Source of the DNA: Treponema sp.
Lineage (GTDB): Bacteria > Spirochaetota > Spirochaetia > Treponematales > Treponemataceae
Direction of reading: 5' to 3'
Length of the DNA: 64,000 nucleotides
Assembly (NCBI GenBank): GCA_004554075.1
Contig: SFOB01000001.1
Location: 46,155 to 110,154 of the forward strand
The notes beneath the pieces are model-generated. The model had not been told where the DNA came from. It saw only the letters and a program-made list of their open reading frames with translations, and made no database searches. A program made the translations under genes and the position numbers. Below are positions 9,680-18,834 of the stretch, piece after piece (the stretch's first letter is position 1; each line of letters starts with the position of its first letter).

Positions 9680-10711
9680 CTACAGTAACTCAATACCGTG
9701 CTTTTTGCAGTCGGCTTTGATTTCGTCTGTCCACACGCTAACCTGAGTTTCGCCGATGTGAGCCTTGCGGAGGAGGAACATACAAAGACGTGACTGGCCT
9801 ATACCGCCACCAAGAGTCTGAGTAAGTTCGCCCTTAAGAAGGCGTGAATGGAATTCAAACTTAGCGCGCTCAGGGCAGCCGCGTTCTTCAAGCTGAGCCT
9901 TAAGGCTTTCAGGGCTTACACGAATACCCATAGAAGAAAGCTCAAAAGCACGTTCAAGAACAGGGTTCCATACAAGAATATCTCCGTTGAGACCACGGTG
10001 GCCGTCGCCGCATTCTGTAATCCAGTCGTCGTAGTCTGGAGCACGTCCGTCGTGAATTGTACCGTCATCAAGCTTACCACCGATACCTGTAATAAATACA
10101 GCACCGTATTCTTTAGCAACCTTATCCTCGCGCTCTTTTGGAGTCAGCTTTGGATAGAGTCTCTGCAAATCATCTGCGTAAAGAATCTTGATATCCTTTG
10201 GAAGAATTGGCTTGAGCTGTGGGTAGCGGTCATAAAGGAAGAACTCTGTGCGCTGAATACAGCGGTAAACCTTCTTTACAATTTCGTGGAGATAGAAAAC
10301 AGTGCGGTCTTTTGGATCGATTGCCATTTCCCAGTCCCACTGATCTACATATATAGAATGAATTGCATCAAGTTCTTCATCAGGGCGAAGGGCGTTCATA
10401 TCAGTATAGATACCAAAGCCTGGTTCAAGTCCGAGTGAAGTAATTTTAAGACGCTTCCATTTTGCAAGTGACTGAACGATTTCCATTTTTGCATCGCCCA
10501 GGTCTTTCACAGGGAAGCTTACAGGGCGCTCAACACCGTTAAGGTCATCATTAATACCTTTTCCTGCATCTACAAAAAGAGGTGCTGTAACACGGGTAAG
10601 GTTGAGTTCTGTACTCAAGGCCAGCTGAAAGAAATCTTTAATTGCAACAATTGCGTGCTCGGTTTCGCGTGTTCCGAGAATTGCTTTATATTTACTTGGT
10701 AATTTAATCAT
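9680..10711 (-). CDS. asnA: Aspartate-ammonia ligase
   Basis: NDDLNGVERPV, SLAKWKR, HSIYVDQWDWE, RAPDYDDW and GGGIGQSRL motifs. Confidence 0.97.
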   Translation of the reverse strand: MIKLPSKYKAILGTRETEHAIVAIKDFFQLALSTELNLTRVTAPLFVDAGKGINDDLNGVERPVSFPVKDLGDAKMEIVQSLAKWKRLKITSLGLEPGFGIYTDMNALRPDEELDAIHSIYVDQWDWEMAIDPKDRTVFYLHEIVKKVYRCIQRTEFFLYDRYPQLKPILPKDIKILYADDLQRLYPKLTPKEREDKVAKEYGAVFITGIGGKLDDGTIHDGRAPDYDDWITECGDGHRGLNGDILVWNPVLERAFELSSMGIRVSPESLKAQLEERGCPERAKFEFHSRLLKGELTQTLGGGIGQSRLCMFLLRKAHIGETQVSVWTDEIKADCKKHGIELL

Positions 10712-10713
10712 AA

Positions 10714-11244
10714 TTATTCTCCGTCATAGTTAATAAGTGTAGTTACATTACATGGTGCCAAAACGGATTTATAATTTAATGCGGGAAGACCGATAACGCC
10801 AAAGAAATCAGTAACTTCCCCGCCTCCCTGCTCAATCAGGTTCTTGGCAGCTGCGAGCGTGCCGCCAGTCGCAATCAAATCATCCACAACAAGGTAGCGT
10901 CCGCCTTTTTTAATGTCGGCTTTGTGCACTTCGATTGTTGCAGTACCATATTCAAGAGAATAGCTGCACTGGTATGTTTCTCCAGGGAGCTTTCCTTTTT
11001 TACGAATCAATACAAGAGGGATTCCAAGCTTTTCTGCAAAAGGAGCTGCAAAGATAAAACCGCGGCTTTCAACACCTGCAACCGCATCAAACTTTACGTC
11101 CTTATACTTTTCTATCATCTGCTCAATACAGAATTTAAGGGCATCCGGATTTACAAGAACTCCGGTAATATCATAGAAAAGAATTCCAGGTTTTGGAAAA
11201 TCTGGCACACGGCGTACAGCCTTATCAAGCATCTCAATAGTCAT
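10714..11244 (-). CDS. apt: Adenine phosphoribosyltransferase
   Basis: DFPKPGILFYDIT, ESRGF, RKKGKLPG and VDDLIATGGT motifs. Confidence 0.97.
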   Translation of the reverse strand: MTIEMLDKAVRRVPDFPKPGILFYDITGVLVNPDALKFCIEQMIEKYKDVKFDAVAGVESRGFIFAAPFAEKLGIPLVLIRKKGKLPGETYQCSYSLEYGTATIEVHKADIKKGGRYLVVDDLIATGGTLAAAKNLIEQGGGEVTDFFGVIGLPALNYKSVLAPCNVTTLINYDGE

Positions 11245-11332
11245 AAGAAACCTTCTATAAAAAAAATAACGAAACTATTATAATTCTATGCTTGATTTAG
11301 AGCAAGTGGGATATGATTTTTTGGATTATTCT

Positions 11333-11369
11333 GTCATTGCGAGGTGCCCGCAGGGCGACGTGTCAATCT
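11333..11369 (+). repeat. GTCA-tagged REP/RPE-like palindrome
   Basis: GTCATTGCGAGG-TGCCC-GCA-GGGCG-ACGTGTCAATCT; overlaps the TAG stop of the adjacent gene. Confidence 0.8.
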
Positions 11370-13728
11370 AGAGAACTGAATCAACCAGGCTTTTGAAGTC
11401 GGCGTCCTGAACTACGTCTGTGTATTCGAGGTTTTCGGCGATACTGAAAACGCCGTCGTCCTGTTCAACAATTACCTGTTCTTCCTGGAGTTCAGGAACT
11501 TCATCTGAAAGGTTTTCGCCAAAGGCTGTCATTGAAAAATCTGGTTCCGGGAGGTAGTCTGGAACTTCTTCTGTAAGTTCTTCAACTGGAGATTCTTCTG
11601 AAAGATCTTCCTCAGAAATATCTTCTATAATATCTTCAGCAAGATCTTCTTCTTTTTCTTCTTCTATTACTGCTTCAACAAATCCGGCAGCATCTTTTTC
11701 TGTAAGATTTTTTACAGGGACTTCTGCAGCAGGCTGAGAGTATTCTGGAATTGTAAATATTGTAAGTTCAATCGGCTTTGCATAATCAAGATGATATGGC
11801 TTAACGTTTCCAAGCTTGAGCTCTTCTGCAAAAAGGTTTTCTACACTGGCAAATTGTTCTGAAGCAAAATAAGTTTCATTTGACGGTGCATATTTTTTCT
11901 CTGGAGCAACAAGAGATTTAATATAAGCCTCAACATCGTCATGAATATTTGATGCAGGTGGTTCTACATATTCTTCGAGAACATCAAGTTCCTCTTCTTC
12001 ATCAAGAGTTTCAATTTCATCATCTTCTTCAAGTTCTTCTACTTCGTCGAGGACTGATTCTTCTGCAGGCTCTTCCACAGCTTCGTCTAATTCATCAACT
12101 TCATCAGCTTCTTCTGCAAGCTCTTCTACTTCGTCAGCCTCATCTGCTTCTTCTGCGAGGTCCTCAACTTCATCAGCATCTTCAGCAAGTTCTTCAACCT
12201 CGTCAATTTCATCAAGGTCTTCTGCAAGTTCTTCTACTTCATCAAGTTCATCAACATCATCAGCCTGTCCAGAAGCCTTAGCCGCAGCCACAGCTGCTCC
12301 AGCAACGCCAGCCCCCGCAACAGCACCTGCCGCAACCGGTACAACAAGATTTCTGTTTGCAAGAACTTCTTCCAGCATACGGCGGATTTCTGCAATTGAA
12401 GCACCTGTTAATTCTGCAGCCCCTGAAACATTTGCAGCAGCAGCCGGAGCAGAAGCTTCTGAACCAGAACCTGCCTTAGTTTCAAAAATTGCAAATATTT
12501 CATCCCAGTTCTTTTCAAGATACTCCGAAATTTCTTTACGGCGTTTCTTTGAATGAACGTGGAGGCTCTTTATGATTTCATCGCTTAAATCATTTCTTCT
12601 CTGGCGCAGGTGACGGGCTACATCACCCCACTCACGTTTTTCTTTGCCATCAATATAGTTTTCAATTATTTCCAGCTGAATCTTTTTAATTCGCTTTTTG
12701 AGCGTTACCATTGGGTCACGGATAAAGCTGAAAACCAGGAATACAATCAGAAGAATCGAAATGAAAATACAAATATAAATGAGAATGCGGATTTGAGCTG
12801 AAAGTTCAAAAATATCACTTGTGAAAACACCAGCCACACGGATTTTACCAATGCGGTTACTTGAAAGTCCTACATAGAAACGTCCGTCTGGAATTGCAAG
12901 AAGTTTTTCCGGCTCCTGACCTGCATCCTGACCCCGGCTCATAATCTCACTTCTGGTTTTCCAGTAAGAAAGCAATGGCTGCTTGAAATCATTTTTATTT
13001 GTGCGCGGAATGTTCAGTACAAAACCGCCGTTATAATCCTCATCAGCAAAAAGTGTAATCTCCTGGCCAATTGAAAGCACTTCGCGACGAGTTAATTCTT
13101 TTTCAACTTCATGCAGATTCAGATAGAAAAGCGCAGTTCCCGAATAAATACCGTCTACCCAGCAGAAAGGAACGCTGATAATGAGGCGGCTTCTGTTTTC
13201 ATCATAAAGAATGACAGACTTTGTTTCACTTGTGATTTTCTGCAGCTTTTCAAAAGGAATTTCGTCTGAATCTTTAATAATATCAGTGTAATTCTTGTAG
13301 AACTTTGAAATTCCGCTTTGTTTGAGTAAATCTGTATCATCAAAAGAACTGTAATGCACGTTGCGCCCGTTCTTATCGATGATTCTTATACCTTTAAGGG
13401 CTGGAATTTGAGAAAAGAGGGATTCTGTGAGGCGTCGGCGCTGAATTGCCTCGCTTTCCGACGGATTCTGGACATAGTATGAGCGCACAGAGGCATTTTT
13501 TGTCCAGGCATTGTCACCTTTTTCTACTAATGAGAGAATTTCTGAAATGTACGAATCACAGCTCTCCGAAATCTTATCCAGCTGCCCTGTGTTTTCCTGA
13601 ATTTTTGCCTGAGCATAAAAGCGTGTTTCCAGCTCTTTAAAAAGTCTAGAATTCAAGCTCATAACAAAAACCGCAAACAGCGCAAGGGCTGCTAGCAGAC
13701 TGAAAGCAATCTTCTGGCCAGAAGTCAT
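11368..13728 (-). CDS. Two-TM membrane protein with an extracytoplasmic domain and a long acidic repeat tail
   Basis: TM helix, about 290-aa domain, second TM, coiled coil, then DEVEELAE repeats; AAGGA SD before MTSGQK. Confidence 0.75.
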   Translation of the reverse strand: MTSGQKIAFSLLAALALFAVFVMSLNSRLFKELETRFYAQAKIQENTGQLDKISESCDSYISEILSLVEKGDNAWTKNASVRSYYVQNPSESEAIQRRRLTESLFSQIPALKGIRIIDKNGRNVHYSSFDDTDLLKQSGISKFYKNYTDIIKDSDEIPFEKLQKITSETKSVILYDENRSRLIISVPFCWVDGIYSGTALFYLNLHEVEKELTRREVLSIGQEITLFADEDYNGGFVLNIPRTNKNDFKQPLLSYWKTRSEIMSRGQDAGQEPEKLLAIPDGRFYVGLSSNRIGKIRVAGVFTSDIFELSAQIRILIYICIFISILLIVFLVFSFIRDPMVTLKKRIKKIQLEIIENYIDGKEKREWGDVARHLRQRRNDLSDEIIKSLHVHSKKRRKEISEYLEKNWDEIFAIFETKAGSGSEASAPAAAANVSGAAELTGASIAEIRRMLEEVLANRNLVVPVAAGAVAGAGVAGAAVAAAKASGQADDVDELDEVEELAEDLDEIDEVEELAEDADEVEDLAEEADEADEVEELAEEADEVDELDEAVEEPAEESVLDEVEELEEDDEIETLDEEEELDVLEEYVEPPASNIHDDVEAYIKSLVAPEKKYAPSNETYFASEQFASVENLFAEELKLGNVKPYHLDYAKPIELTIFTIPEYSQPAAEVPVKNLTEKDAAGFVEAVIEEEKEEDLAEDIIEDISEEDLSEESPVEELTEEVPDYLPEPDFSMTAFGENLSDEVPELQEEQVIVEQDDGVFSIAENLEYTDVVQDADFKSLVDSVL

Positions 13729-13741
13729 TTTTCCTTTTAAA

Positions 13742-13769
13742 TTATCGGCAGATGGGGCTGATTTCTGCA
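13742..13769 (-). promoter_or_regulatory. Possible sigma28 promoter
   Basis: Perfect GCCGATAA -10 upstream of the 13728 start; weak -35. Confidence 0.4.
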
Positions 13770-13822
13770 CTATGTATCGAAATTATTTGCGGAATAGCCA
13801 TAAATGGGTTAAACTTAAGGCG

Positions 13823-15064
13823 ATGATTGATGTAGAGAAAGAAGAAACGGCTGTACCACGTGCTTTGCTGGTTGGTGAGCCTGGAAACAATTTACAGGAA
13901 CTCAAGGGGCTCGTGCTCACTCTGGGCATGGATGTAGTTCAGCGTCTCACTTTGAACCGCATGGAACCACATCCTGCTTACGGTATTGGTAAGGGTAAGG
14001 CAGAAGAAATTGCCGAGCTTGCTAAGCAGATTGAGGCAGACTGCATTATTTTTGACTTCAATCTTGAACCTCGTAAGCAGAGAAACTGGGAAGAACTCTC
14101 AGGAATCTCCTGTTTTGACCGCCAGGAAGTAATTATCCGCATTTTCGGCCAGCGAGCTCAGACAAAAGAGGCTGTGCTTCAGGTAGAACTTGCCCGCCTT
14201 TCCTACTCCCTGCCCCGCCTTGCTCACATGAACAAAGACTTTTCAAGACAGCGTGGTGGCGCCTTTGGTGCAAAGGGTTCCGGAGAAACCCAGCTGGAGC
14301 TCGACCAGCGTCTTGTCCGCGATAAAATCAGCTCAATCAAAAAAGAACTTGCAGAAATTGAGCTCAACCGCCAGACCCAGCGCAAGCAGAGAGACAAAAT
14401 GCCTTCCTGCGCTCTTGTCGGCTACACAAATGCCGGAAAATCATCCCTGCTCAACGCCCTTACCGGCGCCGATGCCTACGTAGAAAACAAGCTTTTTGCA
14501 ACTCTGGATCCTCTTACCCGTAAACTGCCCCTAAACGACAGTGCCGGAGTTCTTATTACAGATACCGTTGGATTTATCAGCAATCTTCCTCATCACCTGA
14601 TTGACGCCTTTAAGTCTACTCTTGAAGAAGCGGTTTATGCTGATTTGTTGCTGCTTGTTCTGGACTCATCAGACCCGGATGCAGAAGCTCAGTACGAAAC
14701 AGTCTGCGCAGTTCTGGAAGATATTGGTGCCGACAAAAATCCGCGCCTTATTCTTTTGAACAAGGTAGATAAAACAGAAGATGATAAGCACACTCTTCAG
14801 AAGCTGCGCCTTAAGTTCCCGGATGCAATCCTTATAAGTGCAAAAGAGGAAATAGGCTTTCTGGATCTTAAATCTAAGATTTACGAGCTCCTTTACGGTG
14901 AAATTGCAAACTATATTCTTCCGGCTACACAGGGACTGCTTATCAGCGAGCTTAAAAAAGCCGGCTGCATAGAAAAGGAAGAATGGCTTGATGACGGAGT
15001 TCACCTTACAGCCCGCGCCACCGGCCGCCTTGCAGCACTTCTTTCACCATACATCACAGAATAA
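13823..15064 (+). CDS. hflX: GTPase HflX
   Basis: GSGETQLELD, GYTNAGKSS, LFATLDP, DTVGF and NKVD motifs; start placed at MIDVEK. Confidence 0.96.
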   Translation: MIDVEKEETAVPRALLVGEPGNNLQELKGLVLTLGMDVVQRLTLNRMEPHPAYGIGKGKAEEIAELAKQIEADCIIFDFNLEPRKQRNWEELSGISCFDRQEVIIRIFGQRAQTKEAVLQVELARLSYSLPRLAHMNKDFSRQRGGAFGAKGSGETQLELDQRLVRDKISSIKKELAEIELNRQTQRKQRDKMPSCALVGYTNAGKSSLLNALTGADAYVENKLFATLDPLTRKLPLNDSAGVLITDTVGFISNLPHHLIDAFKSTLEEAVYADLLLLVLDSSDPDAEAQYETVCAVLEDIGADKNPRLILLNKVDKTEDDKHTLQKLRLKFPDAILISAKEEIGFLDLKSKIYELLYGEIANYILPATQGLLISELKKAGCIEKEEWLDDGVHLTARATGRLAALLSPYITE

Positions 15065-15092
15065 CACTTATATATAGAAGGAATTAATTAAA

Positions 15093-15584
15093 ATGAAAGA
15101 CAACCACAATCTGCTCAACAAAATCCTGCTTGGAATAATAGCCGCGCTTTTACTTTTGATTTTGATTGGGACAATCGCCGGTCTGATTTTAAGAAAAAAT
15201 AATACTCCTGCAGTTCTCATTGAACAGGGCAAGGCCGTTTCCCTCATGGCTCCTTCAAACACAGACGAGGTTGCCTATTTTGAACTTGGAACCATCCGTA
15301 TTTCAACTGCAAAAGCAGATTCTGACGAAGGCGGCACCATCATGATTCTTTCACCATGGCTTGCCTACCCTGCCGGAGACACTGTGTTTTTCGAAGAGCT
15401 TTCCCGCAAAAGTGGTTCCATCAAAGGTATTTTCCAGGCCTACTTTTCTGCCCGCACAAAGAATCAGCTTCTTACTGAAACAGAAGAAAAGATAGTGCGC
15501 GTAATTCTCGACGAAATCAACGCAGATCTGGCTCTGGGAAAAGTAAGCGATATTTATTTTACAGACTATCTCTTTCTGGAATAA
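15093..15584 (+). CDS. Flagellar basal body-associated FliL-family protein
   Basis: Single N-terminal TM; C-terminal EINADLALGKVSDIYFTDYL typical of FliL. Confidence 0.75.
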   Translation: MKDNHNLLNKILLGIIAALLLLILIGTIAGLILRKNNTPAVLIEQGKAVSLMAPSNTDEVAYFELGTIRISTAKADSDEGGTIMILSPWLAYPAGDTVFFEELSRKSGSIKGIFQAYFSARTKNQLLTETEEKIVRVILDEINADLALGKVSDIYFTDYLFLE

Positions 15585-15614
15585 GGCATCCGGTCCCGGC
15601 AGTCACTTTCTTTG

Positions 15615-16844
15615 CTAGCGCTTTTTACGAATTGCAAGAGCTTCTTCATAATAAGTAACTAATTTTTCTGTAAGGGTATCTAAAGACCATTGAGAAGCCC
15701 ATTTTTTAGCTTCCTGGCTTTTTTCAGCATACAATTCTTTATCTTTTAGAAGATCAAGAACTCTTTGCGAGAACTCGTTTACATCTTCTTTTACCATAAA
15801 GCCGCCGTTATCGCCCTTCATAACATCTAAAGTACCGCGTTCGCCAATTGCAACAACAGGGACTCCCGCCATCATTGCTTCCAGAGTTACCAGGCCCTGT
15901 GTTTCTGTTTTACTAGGGAATACAAAAACATCAGTTACACTATAAAAATAAGCTAATTCTTCACGGCTTCTGTAGCCTGCAAAAACTATATCTCTGGCAT
16001 AACCTGTTTTTTTGGCTTTTTCTTTAAGATTATCCAGTTCAGGGCCACCACCAACAAAGACAAGCACTGTATCCTTAAAAGTTGTTTTAACTTCTGCTAA
16101 CACCGGAAAGAGAAAATCCAGATTCTTTTCTTTTACAACACGGCCAACATAAAGAAGAACATGTTTTTTTTGTACACGAGGAAGAAGTGTATGAAGCTGA
16201 TTAAAAAAGAGAGGTCTGACATTCAGTTTTTTTACATCAAGAGCCTGTGGAATACCGGTAGGAAGAATTTTTGCATCTCTTTCTATACCATAACTTTTGA
16301 TTACGTTTGCAATATTCACAGTTGGCGCAATAAGAATATTTGCTCTCTTCAGATAAAACTTAATGAATTCTTTGGCAATTTTTTTTGCAGGATATACCGG
16401 CATGAATTTAATATAGCCGTCTACATAATCTTCCCAGAGTGTATGGAAAGTATAAACACTAGCTATATTTCTATGCCTTGAATAAATAAGACCAAAATAT
16501 CCCACCATAAATTCTGAATTGATGTGAACAATATCAGGCTTAAAAGCATCCATTGTGTGCTTTACATCGTGCCAGGCAGAAAGTTTTGCAGATTTATCCT
16601 CTTTTGAAACAAAAACATTGATTGAAGAAATTCTATAGATTTTCAGATTTGGATGAAGTTTATCGTCCTCCAAAAAGGACCGTTTTTTCTTTTTGTCTTT
16701 TTTATCTTCTTCATCATCATAGTTACAGCAGACAATACATACAGAATGCCCCATCTCTGCAAGTTTTGTCGCATAGGAACGGACAGAAACTGCAACTCCG
16801 TTAATTCTTGGGTAATAAGCATCTGTAAAAAAAGCAATATTCAT
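15615..16844 (-). CDS. GT4 glycosyltransferase (diacylglycerol glucosyltransferase-like)
   Basis: FTDAYYPRINGVAVS, VGRVVKEKN and FPSKTETQGLVTLEAM motifs. Confidence 0.88.
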   Translation of the reverse strand: MNIAFFTDAYYPRINGVAVSVRSYATKLAEMGHSVCIVCCNYDDEEDKKDKKKKRSFLEDDKLHPNLKIYRISSINVFVSKEDKSAKLSAWHDVKHTMDAFKPDIVHINSEFMVGYFGLIYSRHRNIASVYTFHTLWEDYVDGYIKFMPVYPAKKIAKEFIKFYLKRANILIAPTVNIANVIKSYGIERDAKILPTGIPQALDVKKLNVRPLFFNQLHTLLPRVQKKHVLLYVGRVVKEKNLDFLFPVLAEVKTTFKDTVLVFVGGGPELDNLKEKAKKTGYARDIVFAGYRSREELAYFYSVTDVFVFPSKTETQGLVTLEAMMAGVPVVAIGERGTLDVMKGDNGGFMVKEDVNEFSQRVLDLLKDKELYAEKSQEAKKWASQWSLDTLTEKLVTYYEEALAIRKKR

Positions 16845-16987
16845 ACCTTACTTTCTATCATATTTAGATATAAAACACAATTCAGTTTTATTCAAAGTGT
16901 AGTGGCGCTGAAAAGGGGCAGACCTAGTGCGAAGATATAAGAAAAACTGTATAATGATTTTTGATTAGACGAGGAGGCATAAAAAAA

Positions 16988-18802
16988 ATGTGTGCAAAAA
17001 CAATTCCAGCAAGAAAAGACGTTCCTGCTAAAGACAAGTGGAACTTATCTTCAATTTATAAATCAGATGACGAATGGGAAGCAGCTTTAAAATCTCTCCC
17101 AGAGCTTACTAAGAAAGCAGCAGCTTACAAGGGACGTTTGGGAGAATCTGCCCAGACTCTGCTTGCAGCCCTCAAAGAACTGGAAAAAGTAAATCTTACA
17201 ATGGAGACTGTTTACCATTACGCTTCTCTCCAGCACGAGGCAGACGAAGACGATACAGTCGCAACAGACCGCGACGGCCGCGCCATGATGGCTTATACCC
17301 AGATGCAGGCTGAATTAAGCTTTGTTGATCCTGAAATCCAGGAAATTGATGAAGAAAAACTTCGCAGCTGGATTTCTACTCCGGAATATGCAGATTACCG
17401 TATATATATAGAAAAACTTTTGCATTTTAAGCAGTATATCCTAAGTGAAAAGGAAGAACGCATTCTTTCTCTCGCCATGCAGCCTGCTCAGACAGCAGAA
17501 ACTGCCTTCAGCGTACTTACAAATGTTGATATGAACAAAACCTTCGGAACCGTAACCGAAGACGGCGAAGAAAAGCAGCTTACTGAGACTACCTGGGGAG
17601 TTTTCATGCATTCCCAGGACAGAAAAGTTCGCGAAGAAGCTTATAAAAAGTTCTATGCAAAATATGAAGAGCACCAGAATACCATTGCAGCCCTTTATGC
17701 AGGTTCTGTAAATCAGGATGTATTCAGCATGCGAGCCCGAGGCTACAAGAGCTCTCTGGAAATGGCACTCTACGGCAACAAGGTTCCAACAGAGGTTTAT
17801 CATAACCTTATCGACTGCGTACATAAAAATCTCCCTGCCCTCCACGAGTATTACAAGCTGCGCCGTGAGGTACTTGGTCTTGCAAAGGGAGAACTCCGCC
17901 ACTACGACGTATACGTACCTTTAGTAAAATCAATTAAAGCCACAACTAAATACGAAGAAGCAGTAGAAATCTGCCGCGCCGCCCTTGCTCCTCTTGGTAA
18001 AGAATACACAGACCGCCTCTGCAACGGACTTTTAAACGGCTGGGCAGACCGCTATGAAAATATAGGAAAACGAAGCGGCGCCTTCAGTTCCGGCTGCTAC
18101 ATCGGAGACCCATATATTCTGCTAAACTACAATGAAGATAACATCCGCGATGTGTTTACAATGGCTCATGAAGGTGGACACAGTATGCACAGCTGGTATG
18201 CAGTACACAATAATCCCTTTATGTGCTACGACTACACCATTTTTGAAGCAGAAGTTGCCTCAACATTCAACGAAGAGCTGGTATTTGAATACCTTTACAA
18301 GAATGCAAAAGACGATGAAATGAAAAAATATCTGCTTTCAATGCGTGCAGACGATATTCTTGCAACCCTTTACCGTCAGACAATGTTTGCAGAATTTGAA
18401 CTTAAGGCACACGAGCTTGTAGAAGAGGGAACACCACTTACAGCAGAGCTGCTACGTAAGATTTACCGCGAACTTCTTGAGCTCTACTTTGGCCCTGAAA
18501 TGACTTTTGAAGCTAACAGCGATATGGAAGGACTTAGAATTCCTCATTTCTACAGCGCTTTCTATGTTTATAAGTATGCAACAGGCATTTCTGCCTCTCT
18601 GGCCCTTGCAAAACGCGTAACCGGCGGAGGCGATAAGGAGCGTGAAGACTACTTCAACTTCCTTAAGAGCGGAGGTTCAAGATATCCGATTGAAGCCCTT
18701 AAGGTTGCCGGCGTAGATATGGCTCAGACAGAACCGGTACAGGCAGCCTGCGATGAGTTCAAAAAAATCGTTGCAGAATTAGAAAATCTGTTACATAATT
18801 AA
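16988..18802 (+). CDS. pepF: Oligoendopeptidase F (M3B)
   Basis: HEGGHSMHS, GKRSGAFS, AEVASTFNE and RIPHFY motifs; GAGGAGG SD. Confidence 0.95.
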   Translation: MCAKTIPARKDVPAKDKWNLSSIYKSDDEWEAALKSLPELTKKAAAYKGRLGESAQTLLAALKELEKVNLTMETVYHYASLQHEADEDDTVATDRDGRAMMAYTQMQAELSFVDPEIQEIDEEKLRSWISTPEYADYRIYIEKLLHFKQYILSEKEERILSLAMQPAQTAETAFSVLTNVDMNKTFGTVTEDGEEKQLTETTWGVFMHSQDRKVREEAYKKFYAKYEEHQNTIAALYAGSVNQDVFSMRARGYKSSLEMALYGNKVPTEVYHNLIDCVHKNLPALHEYYKLRREVLGLAKGELRHYDVYVPLVKSIKATTKYEEAVEICRAALAPLGKEYTDRLCNGLLNGWADRYENIGKRSGAFSSGCYIGDPYILLNYNEDNIRDVFTMAHEGGHSMHSWYAVHNNPFMCYDYTIFEAEVASTFNEELVFEYLYKNAKDDEMKKYLLSMRADDILATLYRQTMFAEFELKAHELVEEGTPLTAELLRKIYRELLELYFGPEMTFEANSDMEGLRIPHFYSAFYVYKYATGISASLALAKRVTGGGDKEREDYFNFLKSGGSRYPIEALKVAGVDMAQTEPVQAACDEFKKIVAELENLLHN

Positions 18803-18834
18803 TAATACTCTGTTATTCCTTTCGGAACAGAAAA

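Noticed and set aside
9680..10711. AsnA co-occurring with GatCA as a pathway oddity
   Set aside because: Common: GatCAB is still needed for Gln-tRNA formation.
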